DNA from: Alphaproteobacteria bacterium
GTDB lineage: Bacteria > Pseudomonadota > Alphaproteobacteria > Bin95
Length of the DNA stretch: 64,000 nt
NCBI GenBank assembly: GCA_965205265.1
Contig: CBDBGH010000003.1
Location: 704,001-768,000 of the forward strand
Reading direction: 5' to 3'
The notes below the pieces were generated by a model. It was not told the origin of the DNA. It searched no databases and was given only the letters and a program-made list of their open reading frames with translations. A program made the translations under genes and the position numbers. Shown one piece after another: positions 25,050 to 36,387 of the stretch; position 1 is the stretch's first letter, and every line of letters starts with the position of its first letter.

Positions 25050-26486
25050 ATGGACATGATCTATGCCCCCGCCATCCCCGAAATCGTTCTGGCATGTCTT
25101 GCCATGGCATTGCTCATGGCGGGCGTATTCGGGCTGGAGCGGGGTCGAACGGTCTCCTGGCTTTGCGTTGCGGCCCTGGCGGTCACGCTTCTGCTCGTGC
25201 TGGCTGGCGGGACGGACCGAGTGGTGGGTCTCGGCGGGTTTTTCGTCACCGGGGCGTTCGCCGTCTATGTGAAGGTCCTGGTGCTGCTTGGCAGCGCGCT
25301 TGCCATCGTCATGTCCCTCACATTCAACGAGCGGGAATCGCTCGACCGCTTCGAATTTCCGGTCGTGGTCCTGTTCGCGACCCTCGGCATGCTGATGATG
25401 GTGTCGGCCAACGACCTGATCGCGCTGTACCTCGGGTTGGAGTTGCAGAGCCTGTCGCTTTATGTGCTGGCCGCCTTTCGCCGCGATACACTGCGTTCGA
25501 GCGAAGCCGGGCTGAAGTATTTCGTCCTTGGCGCGCTTTCGTCGGGCATGCTGCTCTACGGTTGCTCGATGGTTTACGGTTTCGTTGGAGCAACGGGCTT
25601 CGATGCGATTGCCGCAGCTGTGGGCGGGGGCGGCGAGCCGTCCCTCGGTCTCATCGTCGGGTTGGTGTTTCTGTTGGCCGGCCTTTGTTTCAAGGTGTCG
25701 GCTGCGCCGTTCCACATGTGGACCCCGGATGTCTATGAAGGGGCCCCGACCCCTGTCACGGCGCTGTTCTCCGTCGCGCCGAAGATTGCGGCCCTGGCCC
25801 TGTTCGTCCGCGTCCTGATGGAGCCGTTCGGGGACCTCGCCGACAAGTGGCAGCAGATCATTGTCGTGGTGGCGATCCTCTCGATGGCGATTGGCGCCTT
25901 TACCGCGATTGCGCAAGAGAACATCAAGCGCCTGATGGCGTATTCGTCCATCGGGCATGTGGGCTATGCGCTGGTCGGCGTTGCAACGGGCACCGAAGAA
26001 GGCGTCCGCGCGGTGCTGATTTATCTTGCCATTTACCTCTTCATGAACGTCGGCGTTTTCGCCTGTATCCTGGCGATGCGTCAGAACGGAAACGCGGTCG
26101 AGAATATTTCCGATCTCGCCGGATTCTCGAAGTCCCGTCCGTTGGTCGCGGGAATTTTCGCCGCTCTCATGTTCTCGATGGCGGGGATTCCGCCGCTCGC
26201 CGGTTTCTTCGGCAAGTTTTACGTGTTCATGGCTGCGGTACACGCCGGACTGGTCCCGCTGGCAGTCTTCGGCGTGCTCGCGAGCGTTGTCGGCTGCTAT
26301 TACTATTTGCGGATAGTGAAGGTGATGTATTTCGACGAGGCGGTCGAGGACATGGACCGCCCGCTGCCCTCCGAAATCGGTGTGGTAGCGGGTTTGAGCG
26401 CCGCGGTGACCGTCCTGTTCGTTGTCGTCCCCTGGACGATTACCGATTTTGCCGGAACCGCCGCCGGCACATTGTTCGCAGGATGA
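25050..26486 (+). CDS. nuoN: NADH-quinone oxidoreductase subunit N
   Basis: [32 protein letters not shown]. Confidence 0.96.
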   Translation: MDMIYAPAIPEIVLACLAMALLMAGVFGLERGRTVSWLCVAALAVTLLLVLAGGTDRVVGLGGFFVTGAFAVYVKVLVLLGSALAIVMSLTFNERESLDRFEFPVVVLFATLGMLMMVSANDLIALYLGLELQSLSLYVLAAFRRDTLRSSEAGLKYFVLGALSSGMLLYGCSMVYGFVGATGFDAIAAAVGGGGEPSLGLIVGLVFLLAGLCFKVSAAPFHMWTPDVYEGAPTPVTALFSVAPKIAALALFVRVLMEPFGDLADKWQQIIVVVAILSMAIGAFTAIAQENIKRLMAYSSIGHVGYALVGVATGTEEGVRAVLIYLAIYLFMNVGVFACILAMRQNGNAVENISDLAGFSKSRPLVAGIFAALMFSMAGIPPLAGFFGKFYVFMAAVHAGLVPLAVFGVLASVVGCYYYLRIVKVMYFDEAVEDMDRPLPSEIGVVAGLSAAVTVLFVVVPWTITDFAGTAAGTLFAG

Positions 26487-27214
26487 ACCGGAAGCCGTCG
26501 GTCGCAGGCATCGACCTGTTCGCCTATTCGGTTCTCGGCAGCACAAACGACGAAGCAAGACGTCTGGCGGAAGTCGGCCGGCGCGGACCGCTTGCGGTAT
26601 GGACGGCGGTGCAACCGGGCGGCCGGGGCCGCAGCGGACGAAATTGGGCCGGCCCGCGCGGCAATCTGATGGTGAGCCTGTTGCTGCACCCGGACCGCGC
26701 GCCTGTCGAAGCCGGCTCCATGGCCCTGGCGGCCGGCCTTGCAATTGCGGACTGTGCCCGGGAGTGGGGCGCCGATGCTCGTATCAAGTGGCCGAACGAT
26801 GTCCTGGTCGAAGACGCCAAGCTGGCCGGCATCCTGTTGGAAGCCGGTTCCGAAGGCGGCAGGCTCGACTGGATGGCCGTGGGCATCGGACTCAATCTGG
26901 CCGAAGCGCCGGCGCTCGACCGTCCGACGACCTGCATCGGGCCCGATGTGCCGGTGGAGACGGCATTGGAGCAGGCGGTGGAAGCCGCGCTGCAGCGCTA
27001 CCGGCAATGGTTGACCGGCGGTTTCGCAGCCATGCGCGACGAGTGGCTGGAGCGGGCGGCCTGGATCGGCCGCGCTGTTCGGGTCGGAGAGGGGCAGGGT
27101 GCCGTGGAAGGGGTGATGCGGACTGTGGATGAGAACGGGTCGCTTGTCGTCTGCGACGCCGCCGGAGTAGAACGCCGTGTCGTCGCCGGAGAAGTTTTCG
27201 CGCTGGAGGCCTGA
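26483..27214 (+). CDS. birA: Biotin--[acetyl-CoA carboxylase] ligase
   Basis: [29 protein letters not shown]; conserved position after nuoN. Confidence 0.93.
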   Translation: MNRKPSVAGIDLFAYSVLGSTNDEARRLAEVGRRGPLAVWTAVQPGGRGRSGRNWAGPRGNLMVSLLLHPDRAPVEAGSMALAAGLAIADCAREWGADARIKWPNDVLVEDAKLAGILLEAGSEGGRLDWMAVGIGLNLAEAPALDRPTTCIGPDVPVETALEQAVEAALQRYRQWLTGGFAAMRDEWLERAAWIGRAVRVGEGQGAVEGVMRTVDENGSLVVCDAAGVERRVVAGEVFALEA

Positions 27215-27990
27215 TGCTGCTCGCAATCGATTCCGGCAACACCAATATCGTTTTCGCGGTTTACGACGGCGAAACCCGCAAGGGCCTGTGGCGAGCGGGC
27301 AACGATCCGCACCGCACCGCGGATGAATACGCCGTCTGGCTGATGCAGTTGATGGACCTCGAAAATGTCGATGCCGAGGCTGTCGATGCGGGCATTGTGG
27401 CAACCGTCGTGCCGGCGTCGCTGTTCAACCTGCGCCATCTCTGCCAGCGCTATTTCGGCGTCTCCCCTCTTGTCATCGGCGATCCCGGCATCGAACTCGG
27501 TATGGCGTTGAAGGTCGATAACCCGTCGGAAGTCGGAGCCGACCGGATCGTCAATGCGGTTGCGGCGCACAGCGCCTATCCCGGTCCGCTGATCGTCATC
27601 GATTTCGGGACCGCAACCACATTCGATGTCGTGGACGCTGCGGGTGACTATTGCGGGGGCGTTATCGCTCCCGGCGTGAACCTGTCTCTGGAGGCCCTCC
27701 ACCAGGCTGCCGCCAAACTGCCGCTGATTGCGGTCGGCCGGCCGGAACGGGTGATCGGCAGCAACACGGTCGCCGCCATGCAATCGGGCGTTTTCTGGGG
27801 CTATGTCAGTATGATCGAAGGTGTGGTCCAACGGATAGAGCAGGAGGCCGGCGAATCCATGACGGCCGTGGCGACAGGCGGTCTGGCTCCGCTGTTCGCC
27901 GGTGCCACCGACGCTATCGACCACATAGACAGCGACCTGACGCTTCGCGGCCTGCTGGAAGTCCACCGGCGCAACGGAAGCGACTCGTGA
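27214..27990 (+). CDS. coaX: Type III pantothenate kinase
   Basis: [21 protein letters not shown]. Confidence 0.95.
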   Translation: MLLAIDSGNTNIVFAVYDGETRKGLWRAGNDPHRTADEYAVWLMQLMDLENVDAEAVDAGIVATVVPASLFNLRHLCQRYFGVSPLVIGDPGIELGMALKVDNPSEVGADRIVNAVAAHSAYPGPLIVIDFGTATTFDVVDAAGDYCGGVIAPGVNLSLEALHQAAAKLPLIAVGRPERVIGSNTVAAMQSGVFWGYVSMIEGVVQRIEQEAGESMTAVATGGLAPLFAGATDAIDHIDSDLTLRGLLEVHRRNGSDS

Positions 27991-29672
27991 CGCGCCTGCC
28001 GGTTCCCGCCGCTGACGAAATCCTGTTCGTCCCGCTGGGCGGAGTCGGCGACATCGGTATGAACTGTGCGCTTTACGGACATGCCGGGCGCTGGATCATG
28101 GTCGATCTCGGCGTCATGTTCGGCGATGAAACGACGCCGGGAATCGAAATCATCGTCCCGGACACGGCCGCTGCGGAAGCGGTTCGGGACCGGCTCGACG
28201 CAATCGTCATCACCCACGCGCATGAGGATCATATCGGCGCCGTTCCGCATCTCTGGTCGGAGCTGGGGGCGCCGGTGCATGTCACGCCGTTTTCCGCAGC
28301 CTTCCTGCGCCGCAAGCTGCGGGACGAAGGCGCTGAGGGCGAAGTGCCCATCGTCGAGCACGAGCCGGGCGTGCGCTTTGCGGTCGGGCCGTTCGAACTC
28401 GAATACCTGCCTTTGGCCCACTCCATTCCGGAACCGAACGCGCTCGTGATTCGCACCGCGGCAGGATCGATCTTCCATACCGGAGACTGGAAGCTGGATC
28501 CGGGTCCGGTCGTCGGGGCGCCGGTGGACGAAGGTCTCTTCCGCCGTCTCGGGGACGAAGGCATCGCGGCGATGATCTGCGACTCGACCAACGCCACCAT
28601 AGACGGCGCAAGCGGCTCGGAAGCGGACCTTCTGGAAAGCCTGACGAGCCTGATCGCTTCGCGAAGCAACCGGGTCGTCTTCGCCTGTTTCGCCAGCAAT
28701 GTGGCGCGTCTGGATACCGTGGCGCGGGCGGCCGGCGCCAATGGACGGTCCACGGCGCTGGTGGGCCGGTCGTTGAGGCGCATGGACGACATAGCCCGCG
28801 AGTGCGGCTATCTGGCGGACATTCCCGCCTTCGTATCGGAGCAGCATGCCGGCTACCTGCCGCGTTCCGGCACGGCGATGATCTGCACGGGGAGCCAGGG
28901 AGAACCGCGCGCCGCGCTGGCGCGCATCGCATCCGGCTCCCATCCGCATGTGGCGCTGGAGAGCGGCGACACGCTGGTCTTCTCGTCCCGCACGATTCCC
29001 GGCAACGAGCGGGGCGTCGCCAGGCTGCAGGACCGGTTCCTGCGCATGGGCGTCGAGATCGTGACTTCCAGGGACGCATTCGTGCATGTATCGGGGCATC
29101 CGGGCCGGGACGAACTCCGGCGGATGTATGAGTGGATAAGGCCGAAAGCGGCGGTCCCGGTCCATGGCGAGCTGCACCACCTCCGCGCCCATGCCGAGCT
29201 GGCGCGCGAGTGCGGCGTCGGGACCGTTGCCGAGATCGAGGACGGCGCTCTGTTGCGGATAACCGGAGACGGAGTGGAGCGTCTCGGCGACATTCGGGTA
29301 GGGCGGCTCGGACTGGACGGCGGTCGTCTGGTGCCGCTCGAGTCGGAGCATGTCCGGGCGAGGCGGCGCTTGTCGGAGCAGGGCGTCGTCACGGCGTCGA
29401 TCGTGTTGAGCGGCGGAGGCAGTACTCTCGTCGAGCCGTCCGTGTCCAGCCGGGGCATTGTGGCCGAGGACGAGGTCGCGAACCTTGCCTCCGAGCTGGT
29501 TGGCCGCTGCAACCACGCTATCGGAAGGTTGACCGGCATGCAGCGCCGCGACGACGGCACCGTGGAAGAAGCGGCTCGCGGGGCGATGCGCCGGCATGTC
29601 CGGGAGCAGTATAATCGCCGGCCGCTTGTCGAGGTCCATGTCATGCGCATCGATGGAGGACAGCCCCGATGA
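27987..29672 (+). CDS. rnj: Ribonuclease J
   Basis: [36 protein letters not shown]. Confidence 0.95.
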   Translation: MTRLPVPAADEILFVPLGGVGDIGMNCALYGHAGRWIMVDLGVMFGDETTPGIEIIVPDTAAAEAVRDRLDAIVITHAHEDHIGAVPHLWSELGAPVHVTPFSAAFLRRKLRDEGAEGEVPIVEHEPGVRFAVGPFELEYLPLAHSIPEPNALVIRTAAGSIFHTGDWKLDPGPVVGAPVDEGLFRRLGDEGIAAMICDSTNATIDGASGSEADLLESLTSLIASRSNRVVFACFASNVARLDTVARAAGANGRSTALVGRSLRRMDDIARECGYLADIPAFVSEQHAGYLPRSGTAMICTGSQGEPRAALARIASGSHPHVALESGDTLVFSSRTIPGNERGVARLQDRFLRMGVEIVTSRDAFVHVSGHPGRDELRRMYEWIRPKAAVPVHGELHHLRAHAELARECGVGTVAEIEDGALLRITGDGVERLGDIRVGRLGLDGGRLVPLESEHVRARRRLSEQGVVTASIVLSGGGSTLVEPSVSSRGIVAEDEVANLASELVGRCNHAIGRLTGMQRRDDGTVEEAARGAMRRHVREQYNRRPLVEVHVMRIDGGQPR

Positions 29673-30073
29673 TCGGCCGCCTGAACCATGTCGCCATCGC
29701 CGTGCCGGACCTGGAAGCGGGAGCCCGCGCCTACAGGGGCGTGCTGGGAGCCTGTGTCTCGGCTCCGCAAGCCTTGCCGGACCATGGCGTGACCGTCGTC
29801 TTCGTCGAACTGCCGAACGCGAAGATCGAACTGCTGGAGCCGCTCGGGGACGGGTCCCCGATTGCGGGGTTCCTGCAGAAGAACCCCGCCGGGGGCATGC
29901 ACCATATCTGCTACGAGGTGGACGACATCCTGGCCGCCCGGGATTCGCTGAAGGAATCGGGAGCCCGGGTCCTCGGCAGCGGCGAGCCGGCAATCGGGGC
30001 GCATGGCAAGCCGGTTCTGTTCCTGCATCCGAAGGATTTCTGCGGCACGCTGATCGAGATCGAGCAGGCCTGA
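29669..30073 (+). CDS. mce: Methylmalonyl-CoA epimerase
   Basis: LNHVAIAV, GGMHHICYEV, HGKPVLFLHPKD. Confidence 0.95.
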   Translation: MIGRLNHVAIAVPDLEAGARAYRGVLGACVSAPQALPDHGVTVVFVELPNAKIELLEPLGDGSPIAGFLQKNPAGGMHHICYEVDDILAARDSLKESGARVLGSGEPAIGAHGKPVLFLHPKDFCGTLIEIEQA

Positions 30074-30309
30074 TGTCCTGGCTGTCTGGGGTTGTCGTCT
30101 TTGTCATCGTCTGGTGGCTGGTCTTCTTCATGGCGCTGCCGGTCGGCGTCCGGCGGGCCGGGGAAGTCGAACGCGGAAACGATCCCGGCGCGCCGGAGAG
30201 GACAAGACTCGGCCTGAAAGCAGCCGTGACCACGGTGATCGCCGGGGTGCTGACCTTGCTTGCATTCCTGCTGATCGACAGCGAATGGCTGACATTCCGC
30301 AAGCCTTGA
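30073..30309 (+). CDS. DUF1467 family membrane protein
   Basis: WWLVFFMALPVGV...GNDPGAP; conserved position after mce. Confidence 0.85.
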   Translation: MSWLSGVVVFVIVWWLVFFMALPVGVRRAGEVERGNDPGAPERTRLGLKAAVTTVIAGVLTLLAFLLIDSEWLTFRKP

Positions 30310-30316
30310 GCGCCCG

Positions 30317-30871
30317 ATGAGCTATTGCAGCATTGCGCCCGGCCATCCCTGGCACGGCCCCTATCACGACGGGGAATACGGTTTTCCGACCCGGGACGAC
30401 GCGGTGCTGTTCGAGCGCCTGGCGCTGGAGATCAACCAGGCGGGCCTTTCCTGGCTGACGGTCCTGAAGAAGCGGGCGGCCTTCTACGAGGCGTTCCGCG
30501 GCTTCGATCCGAAGGTCGTCGCCGGCTTCGGCGAGGAGGACCGGATACGGCTGCTCGGGGACGCGCGGATCATCCGCAACCGCCTCAAGGTCGCTGCCGT
30601 GATCGAGAATGCGCGCCGCGTGGTCGCCATCCGGTCCGAATACGGTTCCTTCGCCTCCTGGATCGACGCGCACCATCCTCTGCCGAAGGAAGAGTGGGTG
30701 AGGTTGTTCAGGAAGACCTTCAAGTTCATGGGCGGGGAGATCGTCGGCGAATTCCTGATGAGCACCGGCTATCTGCCGGGCGCGCACGATCCCGGTTGTC
30801 CGGTCCATGCCCGCATCGCGGCGCTCGACCCGCCCTGGATGCGTAAAACGGTTGCGCCGGCGGGCTGTTGA
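30317..30871 (+). CDS. tag: DNA-3-methyladenine glycosylase I
   Basis: YHDGEYG, LEINQAGLSW, IIRNRLKV, GAHDPGCP. Confidence 0.92.
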   Translation: MSYCSIAPGHPWHGPYHDGEYGFPTRDDAVLFERLALEINQAGLSWLTVLKKRAAFYEAFRGFDPKVVAGFGEEDRIRLLGDARIIRNRLKVAAVIENARRVVAIRSEYGSFASWIDAHHPLPKEEWVRLFRKTFKFMGGEIVGEFLMSTGYLPGAHDPGCPVHARIAALDPPWMRKTVAPAGC

Positions 30872-30934
30872 ATGCCCAAGCGGACGCGGTAGATTGGCGC
30901 CGCTTCCCGGGACCGTCAGTCGAGCTCTCCAGCC

Positions 30935-32251
30935 ATGCGCCGAACCCGCCTTTTCCTGCCGACCCTGAAGGACGTGCCCTCCGAGGCGCAGATCGTCTCG
31001 CACCGCCTGATGCTTCGCGCCGGCATGGTCCAGCAGGCCTCGGCGGGCATCTATTCCTGGCTGCCGCTCGGCTTCCGCGTGCTGAAGAAGATCGAGCAGG
31101 TCGTCCGCGAGGAGCAGGACCGGGCGGGAGCCCAGGAGGTGCTGATGCCGACGGTGCAGTCGGCGGACCTCTGGCGCCGCTCCGGCCGCTATGACGACTA
31201 CGGCCCGGAAATGCTGCGCATCCGGGACCGGCACGGCCGCGACATGCTCTACGGACCGACCAACGAGGAGCAGATCACCGAGATCTTCGCGACCCATATC
31301 CGCAGCTACCGCGACCTGCCCAAGATGCTCTACCACATCCAGTGGAAGTTCCGGGACGAGGTCCGGCCCCGCTTCGGCGTGATGCGCGGGCGCGAATTCC
31401 TGATGAAGGACAACTACTCCTTCGACCTCGATTTCGAATCCGCGCGCCTCTCCTACGACAAGATGTTCGTCTCCTACCTCCGGACATTCGCCCGGCTCGG
31501 CCTGAAGGCCGTGCCGATGGAAGCGGAGTCGGGACCCATAGGCGGCAATCTCAGCCACGAGTTCCTCATCCTCGCGGACACGGGCGAGAGCAGCGTCTGG
31601 TGCGACCGGGACTGCGTGGAGTTCGACATGCTCGCCCGCGAGGTCGATTACGAGAACCCGGATGCGGTCCGGGCCGTGGTCGAGGAGTTCACCCGGCCTT
31701 ATGCGCGCACCGACGAGAAGCACGACGAGGCCGCCTTCGAGGCCGAGGTGCCGCCCGAGCGGCGCTATGTCGGGCGCGGCATCGAGGTCGGCCACATCTT
31801 CTATTTCGGCACCAAGTATTCCGAGCCGCTGGGCGCTAGCGTCACCGCCGCGGGGGGCGAGGAGGTTCCGGTGCATATGGGCTCCTACGGCGTCGGCGTT
31901 TCGCGGCTGGCGGGCGCGGTGATCGAGGCCAGCCACGACGAGCATGGCATCGTGTGGCCGGAGTCGGTCGCGCCCTACGGGGTCGGGATCGTGAACCTGC
32001 GCCAGGGCGACGGGCGCTGCGACAGCGCCTGCGACGACCTCTACGCCAGGCTTGCCCATCGCGAACCGCTCTATGATGATCGTTCGGAACGGGCCGGGGT
32101 GAAGTTCGCGGACATGGACCTGATCGGCCTGCCCTGGCAGGTGATCGTCGGCCCGCGCGGCCTCGACAAGGGAAGCGTCGAGCTCAAATGCCGCGCCACC
32201 GGCGAGCGCGAGGAGATTTCGCTGGAATCGGCATTGGCGCGGCTGGCCTGA
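30935..32251 (+). CDS. proS: Proline--tRNA ligase (short alphaproteobacterial type)
   Basis: [40 protein letters not shown]. Confidence 0.97.
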   Translation: MRRTRLFLPTLKDVPSEAQIVSHRLMLRAGMVQQASAGIYSWLPLGFRVLKKIEQVVREEQDRAGAQEVLMPTVQSADLWRRSGRYDDYGPEMLRIRDRHGRDMLYGPTNEEQITEIFATHIRSYRDLPKMLYHIQWKFRDEVRPRFGVMRGREFLMKDNYSFDLDFESARLSYDKMFVSYLRTFARLGLKAVPMEAESGPIGGNLSHEFLILADTGESSVWCDRDCVEFDMLAREVDYENPDAVRAVVEEFTRPYARTDEKHDEAAFEAEVPPERRYVGRGIEVGHIFYFGTKYSEPLGASVTAAGGEEVPVHMGSYGVGVSRLAGAVIEASHDEHGIVWPESVAPYGVGIVNLRQGDGRCDSACDDLYARLAHREPLYDDRSERAGVKFADMDLIGLPWQVIVGPRGLDKGSVELKCRATGEREEISLESALARLA

Positions 32252-33498
32252 TGTTCTCGGCATTCGAGCGGACCGTCGCGTTCCGCTATCTGCGCGCGCG
32301 GCGGCAGGAAGGGTTCATCTCGCTGACCGCGATCATCTCGCTGATCGGCATTGCGCTCGGCGTGGCGACGCTGATCGTCGTGATGGCTGTCATGAACGGC
32401 TTCCGCGCCGAACTGTTCGACCGCGTGCTGGGCCTGAACGGCCATATCGCGGTGATGGCGATAGACCGCGGCCCGCTCGGCGATTTCGACAGGTTGACCG
32501 GGCAGGTGCGGTCGGTCGAGGGGGTCACGAGCGCCCATCCGTCCGTGGAAGGGCAGGCGATGATCGTGCGCGAGGGCGTGGCGGCGGGGGCGCTCGCGCG
32601 CGGCATCAGGGCCGAAGACTTGCGTTCGCTCGCGATCGTCACGGACAACCTCCGGTCCGGCGCGCTGGATGCATTCGGCGACCCCTCGGGCGTGGTGCTG
32701 GGCGACCGGCTGGCCGCCCGGCTCGGGGTCGGGCCCGGCGGGCGCATCTCCATGGTGGCGCCGAAGAGCGCTGCCGGTCCGTTCGGCGCCATCCCCCGAA
32801 CCAAGGCGTTCCGCGTGCTCGCGACCTTCCATGTCGGGATGTACGAATACGACAACAGCTACGTCTATATGCCGCTGGAAACGGCGCAGCGCTTCTTCAA
32901 GATCGGCGACGGGGTCACCAATATCGAGGTGAAGATCGCCGACCCGGAAAATGTCCGCGATGCCGGCGCGCGCATCCTCGTGGCCACCGACCCCGGCGTG
33001 CAGGTGTTCGACTGGCGCCAGTCCAATGCGAGCTTCGTGAGCGCGCTCGAGGTCGAACGGAACGTGATGTTCCTCATCCTCACGCTCATCATCATGGTGG
33101 CGGCGTTCAACGTCCTTTCCAGCATGATCATGCTGGTGAAGGACAAGGCGCGCGACATCGCCATCCTGCGGGCCATCGGCTCGACGCGCGGCTCGATGAT
33201 GCGCATTTTCTTCCTCACGGGATCGTCCGTCGGCATCATCGGCACTGCCGTCGGCTTCGGTCTCGGCCTTGCCTGCGCGATGAACATCGAGCGTCTGCGC
33301 CGGTGGATCGAGGGCTTCACCGGGACCGACCTGTTCCAGGCGGAAATCTATTTCCTGTCCCGGCTGCCGGCCAAGGTGGACTCGACCGAGGTGGCGGCGG
33401 TGGTGGCGATGAGCCTCCTGCTTTCGTTCCTGGCGCCGCTCTATCCCTGCTGGCGGGCGGCGCGGCAGGACCCGGCGGATGCGCTGCGCTATGAGTAG
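32251..33498 (+). CDS. lolE: Lipoprotein-releasing ABC transporter permease
   Basis: GIALGVATLIVVMAVMNGF, IAILRAIG, DPADALRYE. Confidence 0.92.
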   Translation: MFSAFERTVAFRYLRARRQEGFISLTAIISLIGIALGVATLIVVMAVMNGFRAELFDRVLGLNGHIAVMAIDRGPLGDFDRLTGQVRSVEGVTSAHPSVEGQAMIVREGVAAGALARGIRAEDLRSLAIVTDNLRSGALDAFGDPSGVVLGDRLAARLGVGPGGRISMVAPKSAAGPFGAIPRTKAFRVLATFHVGMYEYDNSYVYMPLETAQRFFKIGDGVTNIEVKIADPENVRDAGARILVATDPGVQVFDWRQSNASFVSALEVERNVMFLILTLIIMVAAFNVLSSMIMLVKDKARDIAILRAIGSTRGSMMRIFFLTGSSVGIIGTAVGFGLGLACAMNIERLRRWIEGFTGTDLFQAEIYFLSRLPAKVDSTEVAAVVAMSLLLSFLAPLYPCWRAARQDPADALRYE

Positions 33499-34180
33499 GG
33501 CGGCGCTGGAGCTCGAAGGCGTGCAGCGCACCTTCGCGCAGGGCGACACGAGGCTGCCGGTGCTGCGGCGGATCGACCTCGCGGTGAGCGAAGGCGAAAC
33601 CGTGGCACTGATCGGGCCGTCGGGCTCGGGCAAGACGACCTTGCTCCAGATCGCGGGCCTGCTGGACCGCCCGGACGCCGGCGAGGTCCGGATTTCCGGC
33701 GAGAGCGCCTCCGGCCTCAGCGACAGGAGGCTGAGCGCCATGCGGGCGCGGCATCTCGGCTTCGTCTTCCAGTTCCACCAGTTGCTGCCGGAGTTCTCGG
33801 CGCGCGAGAACCTCGTGATCCCGCAGCTCGTTACCGGGCGGTCGAAGCGCGAAGCGCGCAGGCGCGCGGACGCGCTGCTCGCTATGGTCGGGCTCACGAA
33901 CCGGGCGGCCCACCGTCCGGCGCGGCTTTCCGGCGGCGAGCAGCAGCGCGTCGCGATCGCGCGGGCGACGGCCAATGCGCCCCGCCTGCTGCTGGCCGAC
34001 GAGCCGACCGGCAATCTCGACGAGGCCAATGGGCGCCTCGTCATCCGGACCTTTCTGGAACTCGCTCACGAGGCCGGCGTCGCCGCCCTGGTCGCGACCC
34101 ACAATATCGACCTGGCCCGCCAGCTGGACCGCATTGTCCGGCTGGAGGACGGCGTGCTGCAGGAGCACTCAGCCGACTAG
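33491..34180 (+). CDS. lolD: Lipoprotein-releasing ABC transporter ATPase
   Basis: GPSGSGKT, GFVFQFHQLL, LSGGEQQRV, DEPTGNLD. Confidence 0.93.
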   Translation: MSRAALELEGVQRTFAQGDTRLPVLRRIDLAVSEGETVALIGPSGSGKTTLLQIAGLLDRPDAGEVRISGESASGLSDRRLSAMRARHLGFVFQFHQLLPEFSARENLVIPQLVTGRSKREARRRADALLAMVGLTNRAAHRPARLSGGEQQRVAIARATANAPRLLLADEPTGNLDEANGRLVIRTFLELAHEAGVAALVATHNIDLARQLDRIVRLEDGVLQEHSAD

Positions 34181-35005
34181 CGTGCGGTGCATGACCCGCT
34201 CCCGGGCGGGGTCGTAATCGTGGCGGACCATGTGCAGCGCCTGGGCATTGTCCCAGATCAGCACGTCGCCCGCGCGCCAGCGGTGGCGGTAAACGAAACG
34301 GTCCTGCTCGCAATGGGCCACCAGCCGCTCCATCAGCGCCTGCGAGGCGGCGGCGCCCATGCCCTCGAAGCGCTCGATGCGGATGGGGTTGAAATAGAGC
34401 GCCTTGCGCCCGCTAACCGGATGGGGCCGCACCAGCGGGTGGCGGGCGCTCGGCGCTTCCCGCTCCTCCTCCGGCGTCATCGTCGCCATGCGGCGCGGCG
34501 CATAGCGGCTGTTGTAGATGTGGAGGCCGACCAGCGGGTCCACCTCGCGCCGCGTCTCCTCGTCCAGCGCCTCATAGGCGGCGCGCTGGTTGGTGAAGCT
34601 CGTGTCGCCGCCTTCGCCGGGCAGGCGGATGGCGCGCAGCACCGTGCCCCGGGGCGGGTCGGGCAGGTGGGAATGGTCCGTGTGCCAAGTGCCGCCGACA
34701 TTCAGCGGCTTGTTGTCCCCGAGCGAATCGCGGTGCCGGCTGGAGAGCAGCCGGATGAAGGGGAAGCCCTCGACGCGGTATTCCGGGCGCTGCACCGGCT
34801 GCGGCACGCTCTCGCCGAACAGGCCGGCAAGCTGCATGAAGCCCGCTTCGTCGATCTTCATGCCGCGGAACACCAGCACCACCCTGTCGGTCCAGGCATC
34901 CTGCAGGCGCTGCCGGGCCGCGTCGCCGGCGCCGTCGCGCTCCAGCTCGAACCCCAGCACCTCGGCGCCGGTCGCTCCCGGCAGCGGGCGTATCTCGAAG
35001 GACAT
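34169..35005 (-). CDS. TauD/TfdA family dioxygenase
   Basis: WHTDHS, GGDTSF, HPLVRPHP, WDNAQALH. Confidence 0.92.
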   Translation of the reverse strand: MSFEIRPLPGATGAEVLGFELERDGAGDAARQRLQDAWTDRVVLVFRGMKIDEAGFMQLAGLFGESVPQPVQRPEYRVEGFPFIRLLSSRHRDSLGDNKPLNVGGTWHTDHSHLPDPPRGTVLRAIRLPGEGGDTSFTNQRAAYEALDEETRREVDPLVGLHIYNSRYAPRRMATMTPEEEREAPSARHPLVRPHPVSGRKALYFNPIRIERFEGMGAAASQALMERLVAHCEQDRFVYRHRWRAGDVLIWDNAQALHMVRHDYDPARERVMHRTLVG

Positions 35006-35028
35006 GACAGCCGGCCTCCCTCTCCCGG

Positions 35029-35817
35029 TCAGGCGCCGCGGATGTTCGGCGTGCGCCGTTCCCGCCAGGCGCTGTGGGCCTCTTCCTTGTCTTCCGTCAA
35101 TTCCAGCGTCATGAACCGGTAAACGTCAACGAGGGCGGCATCCTTCAGGTTCGGGATGTCCAGGCCCCGGTTGAGCGATTCCTTGGTGAGCCGGACGGCG
35201 AGCGGCGGCAGCGACGCGACATGCCGGGCCACCTCCATCGATTTGTCCATCAGCTCGTCATGCGGGACCAGCCACTGTGCGAGGCCGATGCGGTGCGCCT
35301 CCCCGCCGCCCAGCGGGAAGCCCATGGCGAGGCGCATGGCGAGGCCCTTGCCGACGAGCCGCGCCAGGCGCACGGAGCCGCCATAGGCCGGCAGGATGCC
35401 GAGCGCGGTCTGCGGCAGCCGCCATTCCGCCCGGTCGCTCGCCACGACGAGGTCGCAGCAGAAGGTCAGGATGCAGCCGATCCCGATCGCGTAACCGTTG
35501 ACGGCCGCGACGATCGGCTTCGGGAAATCCATGAAGATGTCGAAGGGAAAGCGGTTCCATTTCGACAGGCCCTTGACGAATTCCGCGACCGGCGGCATCG
35601 CGTGGGTGTTGGGGTCTTTCAGGTTGGCCCCGGCCGAGAAGGCGCGCCCGTCCTCGTCGCCCGTCACCACCACCGCGCGCACGCTGTCGTCGTCCGCCCA
35701 GCGGGGAAAGCACGCGGCAATGCCGTCATAGAAGTCCTGTCCCCAGGCGTTGCGGGCCTCCGGACGGCTGAGCGTCGCTACCGCGACATGGCCGTGCTGT
35801 TCGACGATAAAGGGCAT
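35029..35817 (-). CDS. Enoyl-CoA hydratase/isomerase family protein
   Basis: AFSAGANL, KPIVAAVNGYAIGIG, CDLVVAS. Confidence 0.9.
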   Translation of the reverse strand: MPFIVEQHGHVAVATLSRPEARNAWGQDFYDGIAACFPRWADDDSVRAVVVTGDEDGRAFSAGANLKDPNTHAMPPVAEFVKGLSKWNRFPFDIFMDFPKPIVAAVNGYAIGIGCILTFCCDLVVASDRAEWRLPQTALGILPAYGGSVRLARLVGKGLAMRLAMGFPLGGGEAHRIGLAQWLVPHDELMDKSMEVARHVASLPPLAVRLTKESLNRGLDIPNLKDAALVDVYRFMTLELTEDKEEAHSAWRERRTPNIRGA

Positions 35818-35901
35818 GCGGGTCGTCTCCTCGGGGCCTGCCGGCCGGGGCGCCGGCGCCCGGTTTCATGCTACGGGGCGGCCGGCGCGGCGGCAATGCG
35901 C

Positions 35902-35934
35902 TTGACATTCCTCCCATAAGTTCTATATATGTTC
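35902..35934 (+). promoter_or_regulatory. Sigma70 promoter overlapped by an alphaproteobacterial LexA (SOS) box
   Basis: TTGACA at 35902-35907; GTTC-TATATAT-GTTC (GTTC-N7-GTTC) at 35920-35934 covering a TATATA -10-like hexamer. Confidence 0.8.
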
Positions 35935-36161
35935 CATTCTTATCCCTGACGGAGCGAAGGGGTCATGATCTGGATCTGACAGGGCGGCGCAGCCGCGCAA
36001 GCCGCTTTTCCGGGATTTCCGCCGTGAACCTGCCGCTCTGTGGCGGCAAGAGGGGAGGCGCGCCCGGCGGTGTGTTGTGGAGTTCCGCCTGGGCCGCCGA
36101 AGGGCCGGGGAATCGGGTTCGGGTTGGGACGTTCACGGAGGCCGCGCGGACACGGCGGATT

Positions 36162-36343
36162 TAAGGTGGAATCCGACCGTTATGAAACGGTGTGTGGCGG
36201 CCCTTCGATACGCGCCCGCTGGCGCGGGCGCTACTCAGGGTAAGGGTAGGGTGAAGGTAGAGTTCCGGGACTTCCCTCATCCCGAGTAGCCGCGAAGCGG
36301 CGTATCGAGGGACGTCATTTCATTTTGAACGGATACCGCACTA
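36162..36343. mobile_element. IS630-type MITE (non-autonomous) with internal REP-like inverted pair
   Basis: TA-bounded imperfect TIRs: left TAAGGTGGAATCCGACCGTTATGAAACGG vs reverse complement of right TAGTGCGGTATCCGTTCAAAATGAAATGA (18/29 identical). Confidence 0.6.
36201..36311. repeat. Inverted pair of REP-like palindromic units
   Basis: CCTTCGATACGC-hairpin-GCTACTCAGGGTAAGGG (36201-36246) and inverted CCCTCATCCCGAGTAGC-hairpin-GCGTATCGAGGG (36274-36311). Confidence 0.8.
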
Positions 36344-36387
36344 GTGAGAGCCGCGTTGGCGCGGCGGCGGAAGGAGGAAGAACGAAG

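Noticed and set aside
35965-35979. ATG ATC TGG ATC TGA as a selenocysteine or readthrough gene
   Set aside because: Readthrough hits another TGA within 16 codons, and no SECIS-like hairpin or known domain is evident
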